Source: Trichoplax adhaerens
Lineage: Eukaryota > Animalia > Placozoa
Assembly: GCF_000150275.1 (NCBI RefSeq)
Contig: NW_002060943.1
Coordinates: 9,642,209 to 9,706,208 of the forward strand
Length of the DNA stretch: 64,000 nucleotides
Direction: 5' to 3'
Shown in pieces: positions 15,500-28,840 of this stretch (position 1 is its first letter; every line of letters begins with the position of its first letter). A program made the translations under genes and the position numbers. The notes below the pieces were generated by a model. The model saw nothing but the letters and a program-made list of their open reading frames with translations, made no database searches and had not been told where the DNA came from.

Positions 15500-18369
15500 A
15501 TCCATACCTAATAAATATTATATATATAATATCGCTAATACCTTAGATAATTTTTAATTTCTCTGCAACTCTATTTATAAGTTTTATTCGACAAGAGGAA
15601 ACTAAGCGTGACGTTTTCAATGTATACTACGTATATTATATTAGACGTATCGTACTACGTTGCTGCTGTATCCGTCTAAGATTTAAGATTTCTTGACTTT
15701 TCAATTCGAATATTATAATTATGCCATTGTTAGTACATTGTTATAGATGGTTTACGGTTACCGGTGACAATGACTTATAAATTTTAACTGTTCGGAATGG
15801 AGAGTCGCCGAAGTCTTACTTATGATTTATGCCATAATTTTTCGGCTGATGTTTAAGATAACAAGAATTTTACGCAAAGAACTTTACGTGAATCCTTAAT
15901 TAGCATATTATTAGTTTATAAAGAATGCATATATGATAATAAGTTAGTAATTCGTATCTACGTATCCTAAAGTATTTGAGGAGTTTATACTTAAGTATTT
16001 AGTTGCATTAGCCTGAGGTTTGATCTGGCTTTTCGATATCTGATTTTTAATTGCTTTTCATGGATGAATGTATCCGTAAATATGTAATGTTTACTTATAA
16101 ATTTATAGAACGATGCCTAATAATTCTCGTACTTGTGTTTTAAGCCAATATCAGTGCATAAGCGATTGTAACTATATCGTTATTTACTTGTTTAGAATGG
16201 GCAAGATTTACACAATAATTTTTCATTGAATATTACAGAGTTATTTCATGCATTTGGCCACTGTACGAGTGTATAAAATTGTTGTGTATTCCACAATAAG
16301 AGATTACTCCGAGAGTATAATTGTTAACTGGCACTTTATTATTAATTACAGGTATTGATAGGCTGCCTTACTTATCATGGGATGAATTCGTCTTATCACA
16401 TGTTACAGGAGTGACAGCTAATACTACCTTAAAAATATTTAATAAGAATCATTGCATCTTACCGATATCTAGCAAAAATAACGTTTCTAGACGCATTAAT
16501 TATTGCAATACATTTATGCATTAACAAGTGTGACTCTGTATGATAAAAAGTAATATTAGTATGGTGTACTTTGTTTTGTGTCAATTACAGTATGTACATT
16601 AGATGAACTATGAGCTAGTCAAGGAAAAGTATCTTTTGATTAACCCCTTCTGGACCCACATGGATCTACACAATATGCTGTGCGGAATGAATTAGTTATT
16701 ACTGAAGACATTTCTGTTCTACTTTATTTAGCGATTAAGCATTCTATTCAATTTGTTGTATTCTGTTTATCCTTTCAAAGAAATAGAATGCGTAACGGGA
16801 ATTAGGTTAATGATTCAGTACTTTGAAGATAGTTTGTAAAAGGCCGTACCCTAATAAAGTACGTATTTACTACTTCATGGCCGCCTACACCCGTCCCGAA
16901 AATTGGGTCTTAATCTGAACCTGCATTTTTGGATTTAAGGCTTTTTTATTAAATACTACTAAGAATAGCGTAGTTTGCCTTTATTCATTTCTGAAGGCGG
17001 CCCTTATTCCTGGATGAAAGTGTTTTATTGATTTCACCCCAGACCCTTCTCTAGTAATCTAGAGCCTCATTAGAAATTGCAGAGTTAAAATCAGGCTAGC
17101 TGGTATGTTCATTCTTGATAGCATTTGGCGATTTGAGTAAAATGCGAGTTCAAGTACTGTGCTTACAAAACGAAATTTTTACAGTAGTGTATAGCACAGT
17201 ACTTTTTTACTGTTATCTAACAATACGTTCGCATTAATGAGTAGTCTATCGCTTTATATGGCCATTAGATGTAAAGTTTGCTTAAGCATATTATATCTGA
17301 AATATCATAATTTATTATGCCTATTCAGGAAAGCTATAATGCACCTATATCTTAAGTATCTGCTTTGTTTTCTTTACGCAAAAGTTACTCTGAGAGTAGC
17401 TCGTGAAATGAAGCTTTTTATTACTACACTCATGCTTACATGCTTCCTCCAATTTATTTAATTCACAACATACCATCAAGATTCGTGAATTTCACTAGTT
17501 GCAGTGTACTTAAGGATATCATCTAGGCTACACTATTTCACGCTATAAAATCTTACATATCCAAAGCTGGAGTTACAAGATGACTATACACAAATAAACC
17601 GTATACATTCATAATAAGGGGTACAGAATGATTACATCCTAATATAAAACTACAGTAGTAGACCCTCGCTCATTATACATACGCATATACATAATAATCA
17701 TGTAATATTGCCTTCCAGTCATAATTACTTATTTTTACAAGGCGGTACTTATCACTGCAACTATTCAAATTAAATAGCGCAGCTAAGGATATGTAATAAA
17801 TTGTGCAGGATGTACAGTGTACTGAAATTACGAATTTTGCATGTGAAAATAGAGATGGAGGATGTGAATAGTATGCACGCTGTATGTAATCTTATTTTAC
17901 TGTACCTACAGCGAATCACTTAAATTTATACTGGATGTCTCAGATTCCTTACTGAAACGTCTCAAATGATATTAGAGTATTGCGATATACTGTAGATACT
18001 TCATTTGAGGAAAATTAGCAAGGAAACTGAGACATTTAGTACTGAACGTAAATTGGTCTAACTGTCAGTGTATAGTATTTTGACAGCAAAAAGCGATATC
18101 TGTAGACAGCAATTAGTAAAGCAGAATATGACATGGCTGATTCTAGTATAGGTAGTGCTACTCGATACTATCGACAAATATCAAGTACTGCGACCAATAT
18201 CACGCAGGCTAACTTAGCACTGACTTTAATCTTGGGTTCAGTATATCGTTAATTTTCCGTTTAATTCCAATGTAATACTATTAATGGCAGCAAAAACGAA
18301 GTGGTTACCTTGGTTACATCGGTTTTTCTTTACGAACGTACGATCTACAGTGCGAAATCGTTCATGTCC

Positions 18370-18780
18370 TACTGTACTGTACAGTACACAGTGTACAGTA
18401 CAGTAAAGTTAAAAGGACTACCATGGAAACGGCAAAAATAAAACTTCGCAGATGGTAAAAATAAAATAAAAATAATATAATAATATTATTATTAAAACAA
18501 CAATAACTACTGTACTACTGTATACTGTACACGATACAGTACAGTACGATACCATCATCATCAATATAATACCGTGAAAATGATATTACGATCGGCGATC
18601 GGTCGGTCGCTCTGAATACAAAACTATGCATTTAGGTATTGCTTTATACGTGTATCTATAGAAATCGTGGAAGATTTACTAAACTACAGTACAGTATAAA
18701 AAGTACTGTACTGTAAAATACGTACTGTTCTACCATTATAGTTATGTACTATATTTTACAGACGGTATTTACTGTACACA
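18370..18780. repeat. (TACAG)n-type island upstream of the Roco gene
   Basis: actgtactgtacagtacacagtgtacagtacagta and further copies up to about 18780. Confidence 0.8.
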
Positions 18781-18882
18781 AATAAAAATATAAAAGTGAA
18801 AATACGCTGTACGTTCGCACTCAGAATCAGATCAAGAAGAATGAGATATTTTAGTTCGTCTGACAGATAACTTGCTTAAGTT

Positions 18883-21800
18883 ATGAAAAAACTGAAAGTT
18901 ATGCTCGAAAATGATATTAAAACGGTTGAGGTGGAAGTACGTATCCAGGAATAAATAGATTAACTGTAAAATACGTAGACATTTTTCTTACTATCTGTGA
19001 TCATGTAATTATAAAGTTTTGCGAACTGTTTGTATATTCAATATCGAAGATTATAAACTCGTTTTTCTTAGTTTCTTAACAGTAAGAAAATAGATACTAT
19101 ATATTTCTACACTACAGCAGTAGATTACTAGGTATTTCTGTACATTATGCCGTAAATTAAAATGAACTGCCCCTATTCGTGACTACGCTAAATTCTCCTA
19201 CTTTTCTTAGAAATCCTTAAGACGCGACGCCATGGTTGAGGGTTTAGAACTAAACGACTCTCAGTGGGCTTCTGAAGAAAATGTAGTCAAAGTATTGAAC
19301 CATATAAATCCTGTCAGAATTCGTTATTTAAATTTCAAGAATTGTAACAAGCTATCTGATGGAAGTATTAAATTAATAGTTGAAGTGTGCGTTAATATTG
19401 AAGCCATATCGCTGATAAATTGTACTAATGTTAGTGAGAAAGGCATCCAAGCAATCGTAGAGAATTGTAGTAAGCTACGCACGTTCGTCCTGGTTTACGA
19501 TGGTTCTAAGTGTCAAGCACATTGGCCATTTACAAATAATATTTTTCAAATTTTAATGTATGCAGGCCGGAGCAAAATTGAAAATTTAGCTATTGTAGGT
19601 TTTGAAAACCTAGGAGAGAATGGATACTTGAGCCTGATCGATCATTTTTCATCAACTTTAATTTCTTTTGACTTTGGTGGATCGAAGCTTAAAAATTCTT
19701 CCATTCAAAAGATTTCCGAATATAACTTCATTAATAACATTCAATCTCTTGCTCTTTCGAATACAGAAATTTCGATTGATGAAGTAAATAGCTTTTCAAG
19801 CAGATTCAGTACTCTCCGATGCATAGATCTGTCCCGTTGCATTAATATCAATGATGAGGCAGTCATAACATTATCTAAATCGTTTCCACTACTGGAGATT
19901 ATTAACTTAAATTTTTGTTCAAGTGTTGGCAGTGCTTCACTAGAGGCTTTGTGTCAAAATTGTATGAAGCTAAAGAAGATAAAATTAAGGCAGACTGGTG
20001 TACAAAGAGTACCGTTCACCCTCAAAAATTTAACAGGCCTTATAGAATTAAATTTACTGCAATGTAATTTGGAATTTCCTCCTGCAATCTTTGTGGAAAA
20101 TGGACTTAAAGAAATTTTTGAATTCTTTGATGAGTGCGATCTGGGAAATCGGCGAAAGATAATGTTACTGGGGCCAAGCAAATGTGGTAAAAGCAGTTTG
20201 TTAGCTTCTCTAAAAAGGATGAAGCCGGTCAAAGTTGATACTCGTTCATATGGAATAAGTATTGCCCGCTGGAAACCTGAAATTGATAGTAAGTGTATGC
20301 GAATATCCGACTATTGTAGAAGCAACTACGTATTAAAATAGATTTGTGAACGATCCTAATAAATTCTTATTGAATATCGCAGCAAAGATTTTTAATCTTG
20401 GCGGAAAGTCTCCTGATTTTGAAGTTTGGGATTGTTCGGGTGGCCAGGTATCTGCATTTGCTAGATTTACGTTATCTATTAGTTTATCAATGTGGGATAT
20501 TGCTGAGATATATAGATTTTCGATATGCAAGCTGTATTGTTATTCACTGGTTTGATATATCATATATTTTATCGTAGGAGTTATTAGGTTGCCACGAAGT
20601 TTTCATGACTAAAGGAAATCTATTTCTACTGATTTTCAATGTTAGCAAAGAGGACGATTGTAAAGAAGTCAAAGTATTGTACGAGACGATTCAAGCTAAG
20701 GTTATATTAATTATGATGTAGCTACATCACTATAAAACTCTAATAGTTGCCTTCCTTTTAGTGTGCTGATGCTAATGTAATCTTAATTGGCACACATATC
20801 GATCATTGCCATGATGAGGCTGTCATGGAGAATGATTGTAATGTTATTTTGGAGCAAATTAAGCAAAGTCATGAAGAGTATATAGATCGCATTAGAGCTG
20901 AAATAGATACGCTATCGTAAGTCTGACATTTCTACAGCTGAAATGTGTATAAGCATGATGGCTTAATTGCATCTTAAGAAATTATTATGTAATTAATAGA
21001 AAACTAAAAACTGATGCTGGAATGACGGGATATCGACTGCGAGAGTTGAGGCAATTACTTACTCAACGCATTCAGAATCCTAATAAAATCTTTAGGGTCA
21101 GCTGTATAACAGGACAGGTGAAAATAAATTTTCTTCCCCATTGTGATAGCGATAGAGCTACATTGATGATTACGCTGATAGCTAAAAATGCTCTGATCTA
21201 TTATATTTATATTACTAGGGCTTTGATGAACTGACTGATGAAATAATAAGAACGTTTTCTGATTATGAATATTTTCCACGATTTTTAATCAATATTCCGG
21301 ATCGATTGTATGAAGTTTATGGCATAGTTTTGGCGATTAGGAAAGCCTCAACGATATTTGTGACAGAATCTCATTTCCGCGATCTGTTGTTAAGAAAAGA
21401 GATTCCAGATATAGAGGAATCCCTACGCTTCCTTGAAGCTATTGTTAGTATCATGGTTTCAGCAATTTTTGCTAGTTACAATGTTTAAATTATATAGCAT
21501 ATACAGTATTCGCGTATACTAAAATTATCAAATATCCCACTTATTTTAATAGGGGGCAATACTTAAAGTCTCTCTACCAGGTTTGATTGATGATGGCGAA
21601 ATTCAGCAAATCTGTATCAATCCTCCTATTTTCGCGCGAATGGTCGTATCCATTCATTGTGATAACCTTAGCGCTCAAAGGCTGCTGTCACAAGATCTGC
21701 CAGATAAACTATTTGCAGATGATGAGCAGAAGGTCGTTAACTCACTTAAGAGTAAAATTGCCTCCGAAGTAATGACAATACCCCGAGAAGGAGTAATTTT

Positions 21801-23562
21801 AGAATCTTTAATACCGTACTTATTCAATGTAAGACAGCTCGATACTGGCTATGTTAGATTAATTTCATCATTTTTAATGATAGTGGTACTGAAATGAATA
21901 AGTTACATAACATTTAGTTTGTTACTATAATTAGGAATTTACTGAGGCCGGTGAAATTCAAATCTCTCGATTTATGCGAGTTATGCTGGATCAAGGATTG
22001 CTAGCGGAAGGTGCTAGTGATGGTCTAGGGCTTTCGATTTCAAATTATCCTCGATTATCAAAGACTAAAAGATATTATATTCCATTACTTCGATTACTGC
22101 CATCTACTCCACAGGTAAATCATGCGAATTCTAAGAATTGTCTTCTTGCCGAAGTGATACGTAATTGCCAATATTTGGCATATTATTTATAGCTTAAGAT
22201 ATAGTGCATAAATAACTACTAAAGTTATTTTACTTTTTATTTTTGGCAGGAGGAAATATGGTCTCCGGAAGCCTTGCCTGAAATTGATTCTAATACTGTC
22301 CAGATTGGATGGACACTGGAACTTTATTCTCCTACTTCTCCAGACTTGATTACAAGAACAATCGCGCGTTGTCGAAACTGTGTGCTGAATGTGATAGTAC
22401 TACAGCACTGGTTATATGGAATTCAGTTAAGGCGCGATGATATAGAAGTTCAGGTGTCTTATTTTTCAGTGGAGAGTAAAATATATATTTATGCAAGAGG
22501 CGATGGGTCTGAAATAAAAAATATTCGTCGAATGTGGAGTATCTACAGTGAAGTAGTCGCGACATTAGAGACGTGCTTCTCGCAATATGAAACTTTCTAT
22601 AGAGTGGTAATACAAAAAAACGGTTTTCAATGGCATAGTGTGCGAGTATCTTTTTCTTAACAAATGAATATTTTGTAAATCTTTTTACACTTACATTTTA
22701 GTATTATGCGAGGTGTCAGACTTGCTTAAGGAATAATGTTGAATGTGGGTGCAAATTTCTAATATCCGAATTATATGAAGCCCAGAGCCTTGGCAAAGTA
22801 GTTTGTTGTAAAGTAACAGAAACTGAAATCAACGCTGATCTACTATTTCCTCCTCAAGGTAGTATCAAAATAAACTTCACTGTTACTAATAGACTGAAAA
22901 ATATAAATTATGAAATTTTTATTTTTGTAGGGACTATGAAAGATGGGATGAATAAATTGGGTCAATGGTTAAGAAGCATGGCAGGTTCATTACAGATGTT
23001 TTGAAAGAGCATAGACAATTCTTAGTGTTAATATATGCATTATATTATTTGATTTTAAGATGCTAAAAGAAGATATAATCGAGAACATAAACCTTCCTTT
23101 ACCATCTTGCCAAACTCAGACGACGACGATAGTGAAGATAAAAATGAAATTAGCAATGAACAAGAAGAAGACCCAGTCAGTGTTAGCGAAATAGACATGA
23201 AAAAAATTAAGTTCACTGCAGCCGAAGCGGTCACGAGAATTTTAGCAAGGGCAACAATTTCTTATCTTGCTGATCCTGAGGATACTGGATCCCCGAGCGC
23301 AAAAGTTATGTCCATTGCACAAGGCTTTTTAAATGATGCTTGTATGGGATCGGCTGCAGACGCTATAGCATGCCTATCTAGTAGTAATCCTTGGTCTGCA
23401 AAGTGGGCTATGGAAGACGCATCTAGGAATTTAGTTCAAGTTGTTTCACCTTACGTAAACTGGAAAAGTATAGCGCGAATGAAGAATAAACCAATTGATA
23501 ACAAAACTGCTCTAGATAGCAAAGGTCAAGTTACCTGTAGTGCATTATGTAATATACAATGA
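18883..23562 (+). CDS. Roco-family protein: cysteine-containing LRRs + ROC GTPase + COR-like region + acidic/helical tail
   Basis: Exon 1 MKKLKVMLENDIKTVEVE splices in frame at 19211. FBXL/AMN1-type LRRs (LNFKNCNKLSD, ISLINCTNVSE, IDLSRCININD). FPP..(G)LKEI pre-ROC motif. P-loop KIMLLGPSKCGKSSL, G3 VWDCSGGQ, G4 LIGTHID. Downstream exons stay in frame into ORF 23107-23562. Confidence 0.8.
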
Positions 23563-24870
23563 AACTGATAGCTAAATTGTGTAATTAATTTGATAAACTA
23601 CATTTATGATATGACATTTGAATAATATAATTTTCTCAGCGATGTAGTACTACTACATAACATTAATTTGAAGGACGCTGTTCATAATAATAACTTAATT
23701 ACGATGATGATATACTTTAATATTGTATTTAATACTTGAACTTGGTGAAAGAATGATATATTGTACACAGCTAAATCTATTAGATAGGATTTCGATAGCG
23801 TTTGTTGACAGATATTTTCATTAAATTGCTTTAGAATTCTCGAAATAGAACTTATTGCACATTTATCACTATATGGATTTAAATTTTGACAGATCTAATT
23901 TACAGTTATACCCGTGTATCACGAAAAATAAGCTTTCTTAGTGTAGGAATACCGCTTCTGCAAAAATGTTTGTTCAGCAAAACACAGCATATACGTACTT
24001 AAAGCCTGTACAATCGAAGCATTTGATAAACGCGACTGTAATCTTGCGATTACAACTGAGATTATTTCACTGCACAATATTTGTTTGCAGTGTTTTTCAT
24101 ATTTATAGTCTTTACTGTACTTTTATTGCTAATGTTAAATGAATAATATCGAAGCTGTGACTTGATATTGGATAAAAATGCTTTTTTAATACTTTTTACT
24201 TATGCATCCGATGTCGTAGGAAATTTTCTTTACGGTGCATAGTACTCTTAAATCTTTAAAATTATTGTTAAATACGTTATATTGATTACTTCTATTCGTG
24301 TTATTACTGTTAGCTGTTAACATATACATTGTACATTTTACTGACAATTAATTTATGTGATTTCTTTCTCGGATATACTTTCATGACAAAATTAAAATTA
24401 TGGAGACTAAAGTAAGATTTTTTAGCAGTAATTTAATTCATAGTATAAAATTAATATATTTTGTTATCAGATATTTCGGTAAAGTCGTCCACGTTAAAGA
24501 CCTTCAGTAAAAAAATGTTGTCAAATTTTAGAAAAATGCTCGCCATTCTCCCGACAGAAAAAGTAAACCCAAAACGGGAGCTACAGTGCAAACAATTTAA
24601 ACGAAGTTTTTTTATAACACTTGTATTGTACAGTACGGTGCGTAGCAGTGATTGTAACGGGTTCTCATTATTCACTGTTGAAGCTGGAAGAAAGGACCTA
24701 CAGTACTGCTGTGAGTGTTGGGATCCTTATTCTCGCAACAATCAACAATAAAGTAAAGACGCATCTTAATAACTGTATTTACGTTTGATTAACACATTAC
24801 CGTATTTAGTAACAGTTAACTATGATTGCTGACAACGTGCTCGGGTAGAGGAGGAATGGAAAAACTAAAG

Positions 24871-24993
24871 AAAAAGAACCTAACCGTATTTTTCTAACAT
24901 TGAGAACCCTCCCTAGAGCCGGGTTCGAGTCGGGTTTCGGGCTGACTTTATTAAAGCCTCTGATGCTGGCCCTTCTACGCCACCGTGCCTCCC
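24871..24993 (-). mobile_element. tRNA-derived Pol III-type element (SINE head or tRNA pseudogene)
   Basis: Minus strand GGGAGGCACGG-TGGCGTAGAAGG (A-box-like), stem-loop GGCT-TTAATAA-AGTC (anticodon-arm-like, AAT), GACTCGAACCC (degenerate B-box), T5 tract at 24875-24871. Confidence 0.4.
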
Positions 24994-25109
24994 GTATTGC
25001 TGAGACTGATTTTCCATACTGTTCCTAACTTTACGTTGTTACGTACTGTGCTGTATTTTTCAGACTGTTTTTCAGTGTTTACAGCATCCGTCACGAGATT
25101 TTGGGTAGT

Positions 25110-25590
25110 TTAGTGTACAGTACAGTACAGGAGAACCTGTAGTTGGCATCAGAGCTCCATACAATCCAATTATTGATGTAGTACTACTGTAAATGTCGGT
25201 ATAAACTACTGCAATCGCCCATTAGTTTTAGTTATATTTTTCCCAGTTAAAGTACAGTACTACATACACAAAGATATGACGTTACTATATTTAAAGTACA
25301 GTATGACAACCTCATGACCAATGGTTGGTTCATCGATGCGAAACGTCAACCGCGTTTCGTAATACTGTACCGTGCATGACATGACAGTACAGTACTGTAC
25401 ACTGTACAGTATGATGTGCTAACTGTAAGAGGTCTTCTTTTTTTATACTGTACAGTACAGTAGTGTACAGTACAGTACTGTACATAAATATCGTACTGTA
25501 CAATGTACTGTACAGTACAGTACAGTATTACAGTGCTGTACCGTAGATTCAGAATTGCAGACCTGCAAAATACTGTACTGTATACTTGTA
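25110..25590. repeat. (TACAG)n island upstream of ARL8
   Basis: Dense tacag/ctgta copies, especially 25385-25585. Confidence 0.88.
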
Positions 25591-25653
25591 AAATCAAATC
25601 AAAATTTAAGCTACAAAAATTGATAAACTCTTTAATATCAATAATATATCAGG

Positions 25654-27813
25654 ATGTTTGATTGGATAAATCGACTACTTGACTGGTTCAGGAGTCTTTT
25701 CTGGAAGGAAGAAATGGAAATCACTTTAGTCGGATTGCATTGTTCTGGCAAGACAACATTTGTTAATGTTATTGCAGTAAGTATCTCGTAATCGTGTAGA
25801 TCATATTTTATTCTTAGCGCTCGTGCACATTTTATATTGTACTGTATTGCTTCAATATCTCATATAGTCATATTGTTTTAAATATTTGCAGTTGTCTTCG
25901 GTTTATGTATTCGCTAAAGTTTTTCTAATTCTCAATTGCTTTGAAAGATGTACAGAAATTTTCATCTACTATTCTATCACCTCTAAATTATATTATGAAT
26001 TATTTGTGATTACGGTATTATGCTTGCATCGAATTCCAAAAAATCACCGAGCACTACAGTATATAGTACTGAATAATAATACTGTATCTAGATCTTCAAA
26101 TATCATAATTTATCGATCTGAAGAGGTCTTAGCGATTAGCAAATTTGATCCAAAAGATCTTTCCACGGGGCGAAGGCGCAATGTAGTATGACTTTCTTCA
26201 GAGAAGTACGACGTACTACGGCTTAAATCGGAATACATTCATATCATCGTTTTTTTAACAATTCCTAGAACGGGAGTAGTCTGTGAAGTACCAACATCAT
26301 TTCTTGAGCAACCTTTTATGACATTATTGCTTCGTAGGTGGCATTATGTTATTGCAGTATATAGTTTTTATAAATTTGGATATCTAACTTTGACATACAG
26401 CGTAGATTGTCACACAAGCACTGAAGCTTAGGCTCGAAGGCACGGGTTTGTCTTAGTGAATATCATGTCAAGTGAAGATTCAACCAATTATGCGTAGTTA
26501 TAGTTATTGCTAAAAGAACTTCAGCGTGCGTTACGTCGATATTTGTGTATTATTGTATTACATATCTCTGTCCAATATTCCCTCGTTTTAAAATTCTCGT
26601 ATAATAATAATTGAATCTCATTTAATCTTTATTTAAAACTGAATAGTCAGGAGAGTTTAACGAAGATATGATACCCACCATTGGCTTTAATATGCGGAAA
26701 GTTACCAAAGGCAATGTCACCATTAAGGTAAAGTGACGAATTGAATAGCCGTATTTGTAATTTCCTCTGGTAAATCGCAGACAACTTTATCGCTGAATAA
26801 GTGGGGCCTGTTTGATTTTAAATTTTAAGAATCTTACAGGAATTAGAAGTCACAGTAATTTACGCTATGAATTACAATTACTGACGTAAAAGTATTAGCG
26901 TCAGATTAGATATTGTACTTGGCGTACGAGTGATGCTACATACTATATACTGTCTGAATTGATATCATTCCTTACGTTTTTCTTGAAGTTATCTGCTAAA
27001 ATTTTTATCTTCCATGACTGTAAATCCATATACCCAACACAGCTTTGGGACGTTGGAGGGCAGCCACGATTTAGGAGTATGTGGGAGAGATATTGCAGAG
27101 GCGTTAATTGCATTGTGTGAGTAATGGTTTATTAGCATCATAATTCTTAAAATTCTTATGAACTTTCGTTTATTTCATTCCAAATTACTCATGTAATTGT
27201 GTAAGCAGTAGTGTGATAGTACAGTTTTCCGATTTTTCTTTGCTAATTTCTAATTTAAAGCAAGAATAGTTACGTAGAAGCTAATCGAACTTTTTTCACT
27301 TCGGTATCCTGCTTAGCTTTATGGTTGACGCGGCAGATAGTGATAAGATTGAAGCAGCTAGAAATGAGTTACACAATCTACTAGATAAGCCACAACTAAC
27401 AGGAACACCTGTAAGGCAGATTATTGACCCGATACATGTTATACACCAGACATGATTAATAAAATATCGCTTTCACTGATAGATTCTTGTTCTTGGAAAT
27501 AAAAGAGATCTTCCAAATTCTCTAGATGAAAAAGATTTAATCAACAGATTGTAAGCTTTAACCGGAATTAATAAACTTTCGTTCGAGTTATCGCTCTAAC
27601 AATATTGGGATATATTATATATAGGAATCTGGCTGCTATTGAAGATAGAGAAGTTTGTTGCTATTCGATCTCGTGCAAGGAACGAATTAATTTGGGTAAG
27701 TTAATCTTCAATCTCATACTTTATTCAATGTCAGTGCATCAAAATTATTTCATATGTGATATTCTATTTCAGACATTACACTGCAATGGCTAATTCGACA
27801 CGCAAAGTCCTGA
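25654..27813 (+). CDS. ARL8: ADP-ribosylation factor-like protein 8 (lysosomal small GTPase), multi-exon
   Basis: [41 protein letters not shown]; [22 protein letters not shown]; [21 protein letters not shown]; LGNKRDL; [13 protein letters not shown]; [12 protein letters not shown]. Confidence 0.96.
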
Positions 27814-28840
27814 AGATGACAGTCATCACGTAACATCGTAATTTTGTTTGACTACTTAGCAGATTAACGGAAGATATTCTGTAACATCTTGAAAACAGTT
27901 TAATTAAACAATGAAATCAAAAGTTAAACAGTACTAAATTACTAATTATGAACATGAAGGTAAGGAAGTTTTACAGTATACTATTTGAACACATTTTGCT
28001 GTATTACCGAATCCTTATATTCTTACGTTTAAAGAACAATTAACTAAGTTGTGAGGTTGATATGCTAGGTTAATCTTACACTTTTTATAAGAACAATCAC
28101 TGCATTGAGACTTTACCATTACGGCGCAGTTTTAATTGCTACTAAAGTTTCGTATAGTCAATGGTTACTGCATAGAGACTGTTATATCGTTTAGTTTGTT
28201 TAGAGAATAATCCTTGTATTCACAGTATTAATATCTTAATGTTTTTAATTTCGTTGTAAATTTCTGTAGATTAACAAATATCAATTATACGAAATATCTT
28301 TGTTCATGGATAAGATTACCTTTACCCGATTAAATTATATGTTAAATTTGGTTGTACGTTATAGTTAATTCGCTGTTTACTATTGAATATATTATATTTT
28401 CATTCAATTTTATCTGTCTTCTGATTGCAACTCTACAAGGCGATTTACGACCTTATAGATCAATCGTCAAGTGATTTATAATCACTGGTAGCTACTCTCA
28501 AAATTTTGATCGTTTTCATAAATAATCGTGCACTGCTGTATTGATACCGGAGTGCCTGGAGTTAAAAACTATTGATTATAAAGCAATTATACTGTACAAC
28601 AAATACAATAATAATATAAATTTAGGAATGTCCGGAAAATCTGGAGATATTTTACAGGCATTTGCGTCCTAATCCTGTCCGAATTGTACAATAATTAATC
28701 ATACTGTACTTTGAATCTATCTAAATAGTGCCTGTAGAATGTCTTGCAGCGACTCTATTCGCGCGGCATCAATTAATCAATTAAGACGTTTTCTTAAGAG
28801 TTCAGGCAGTCTTATTGACTAATCTTATACATTATGCGCC

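Noticed and set aside
24877-24885. AACCTAACC as a possible telomerase template, with nearby GCTGACTTT resembling the human TR pseudoknot
   Set aside because: It would template TTAGG rather than TTAGGG, and no GTCAGC partner lies downstream on that strand.
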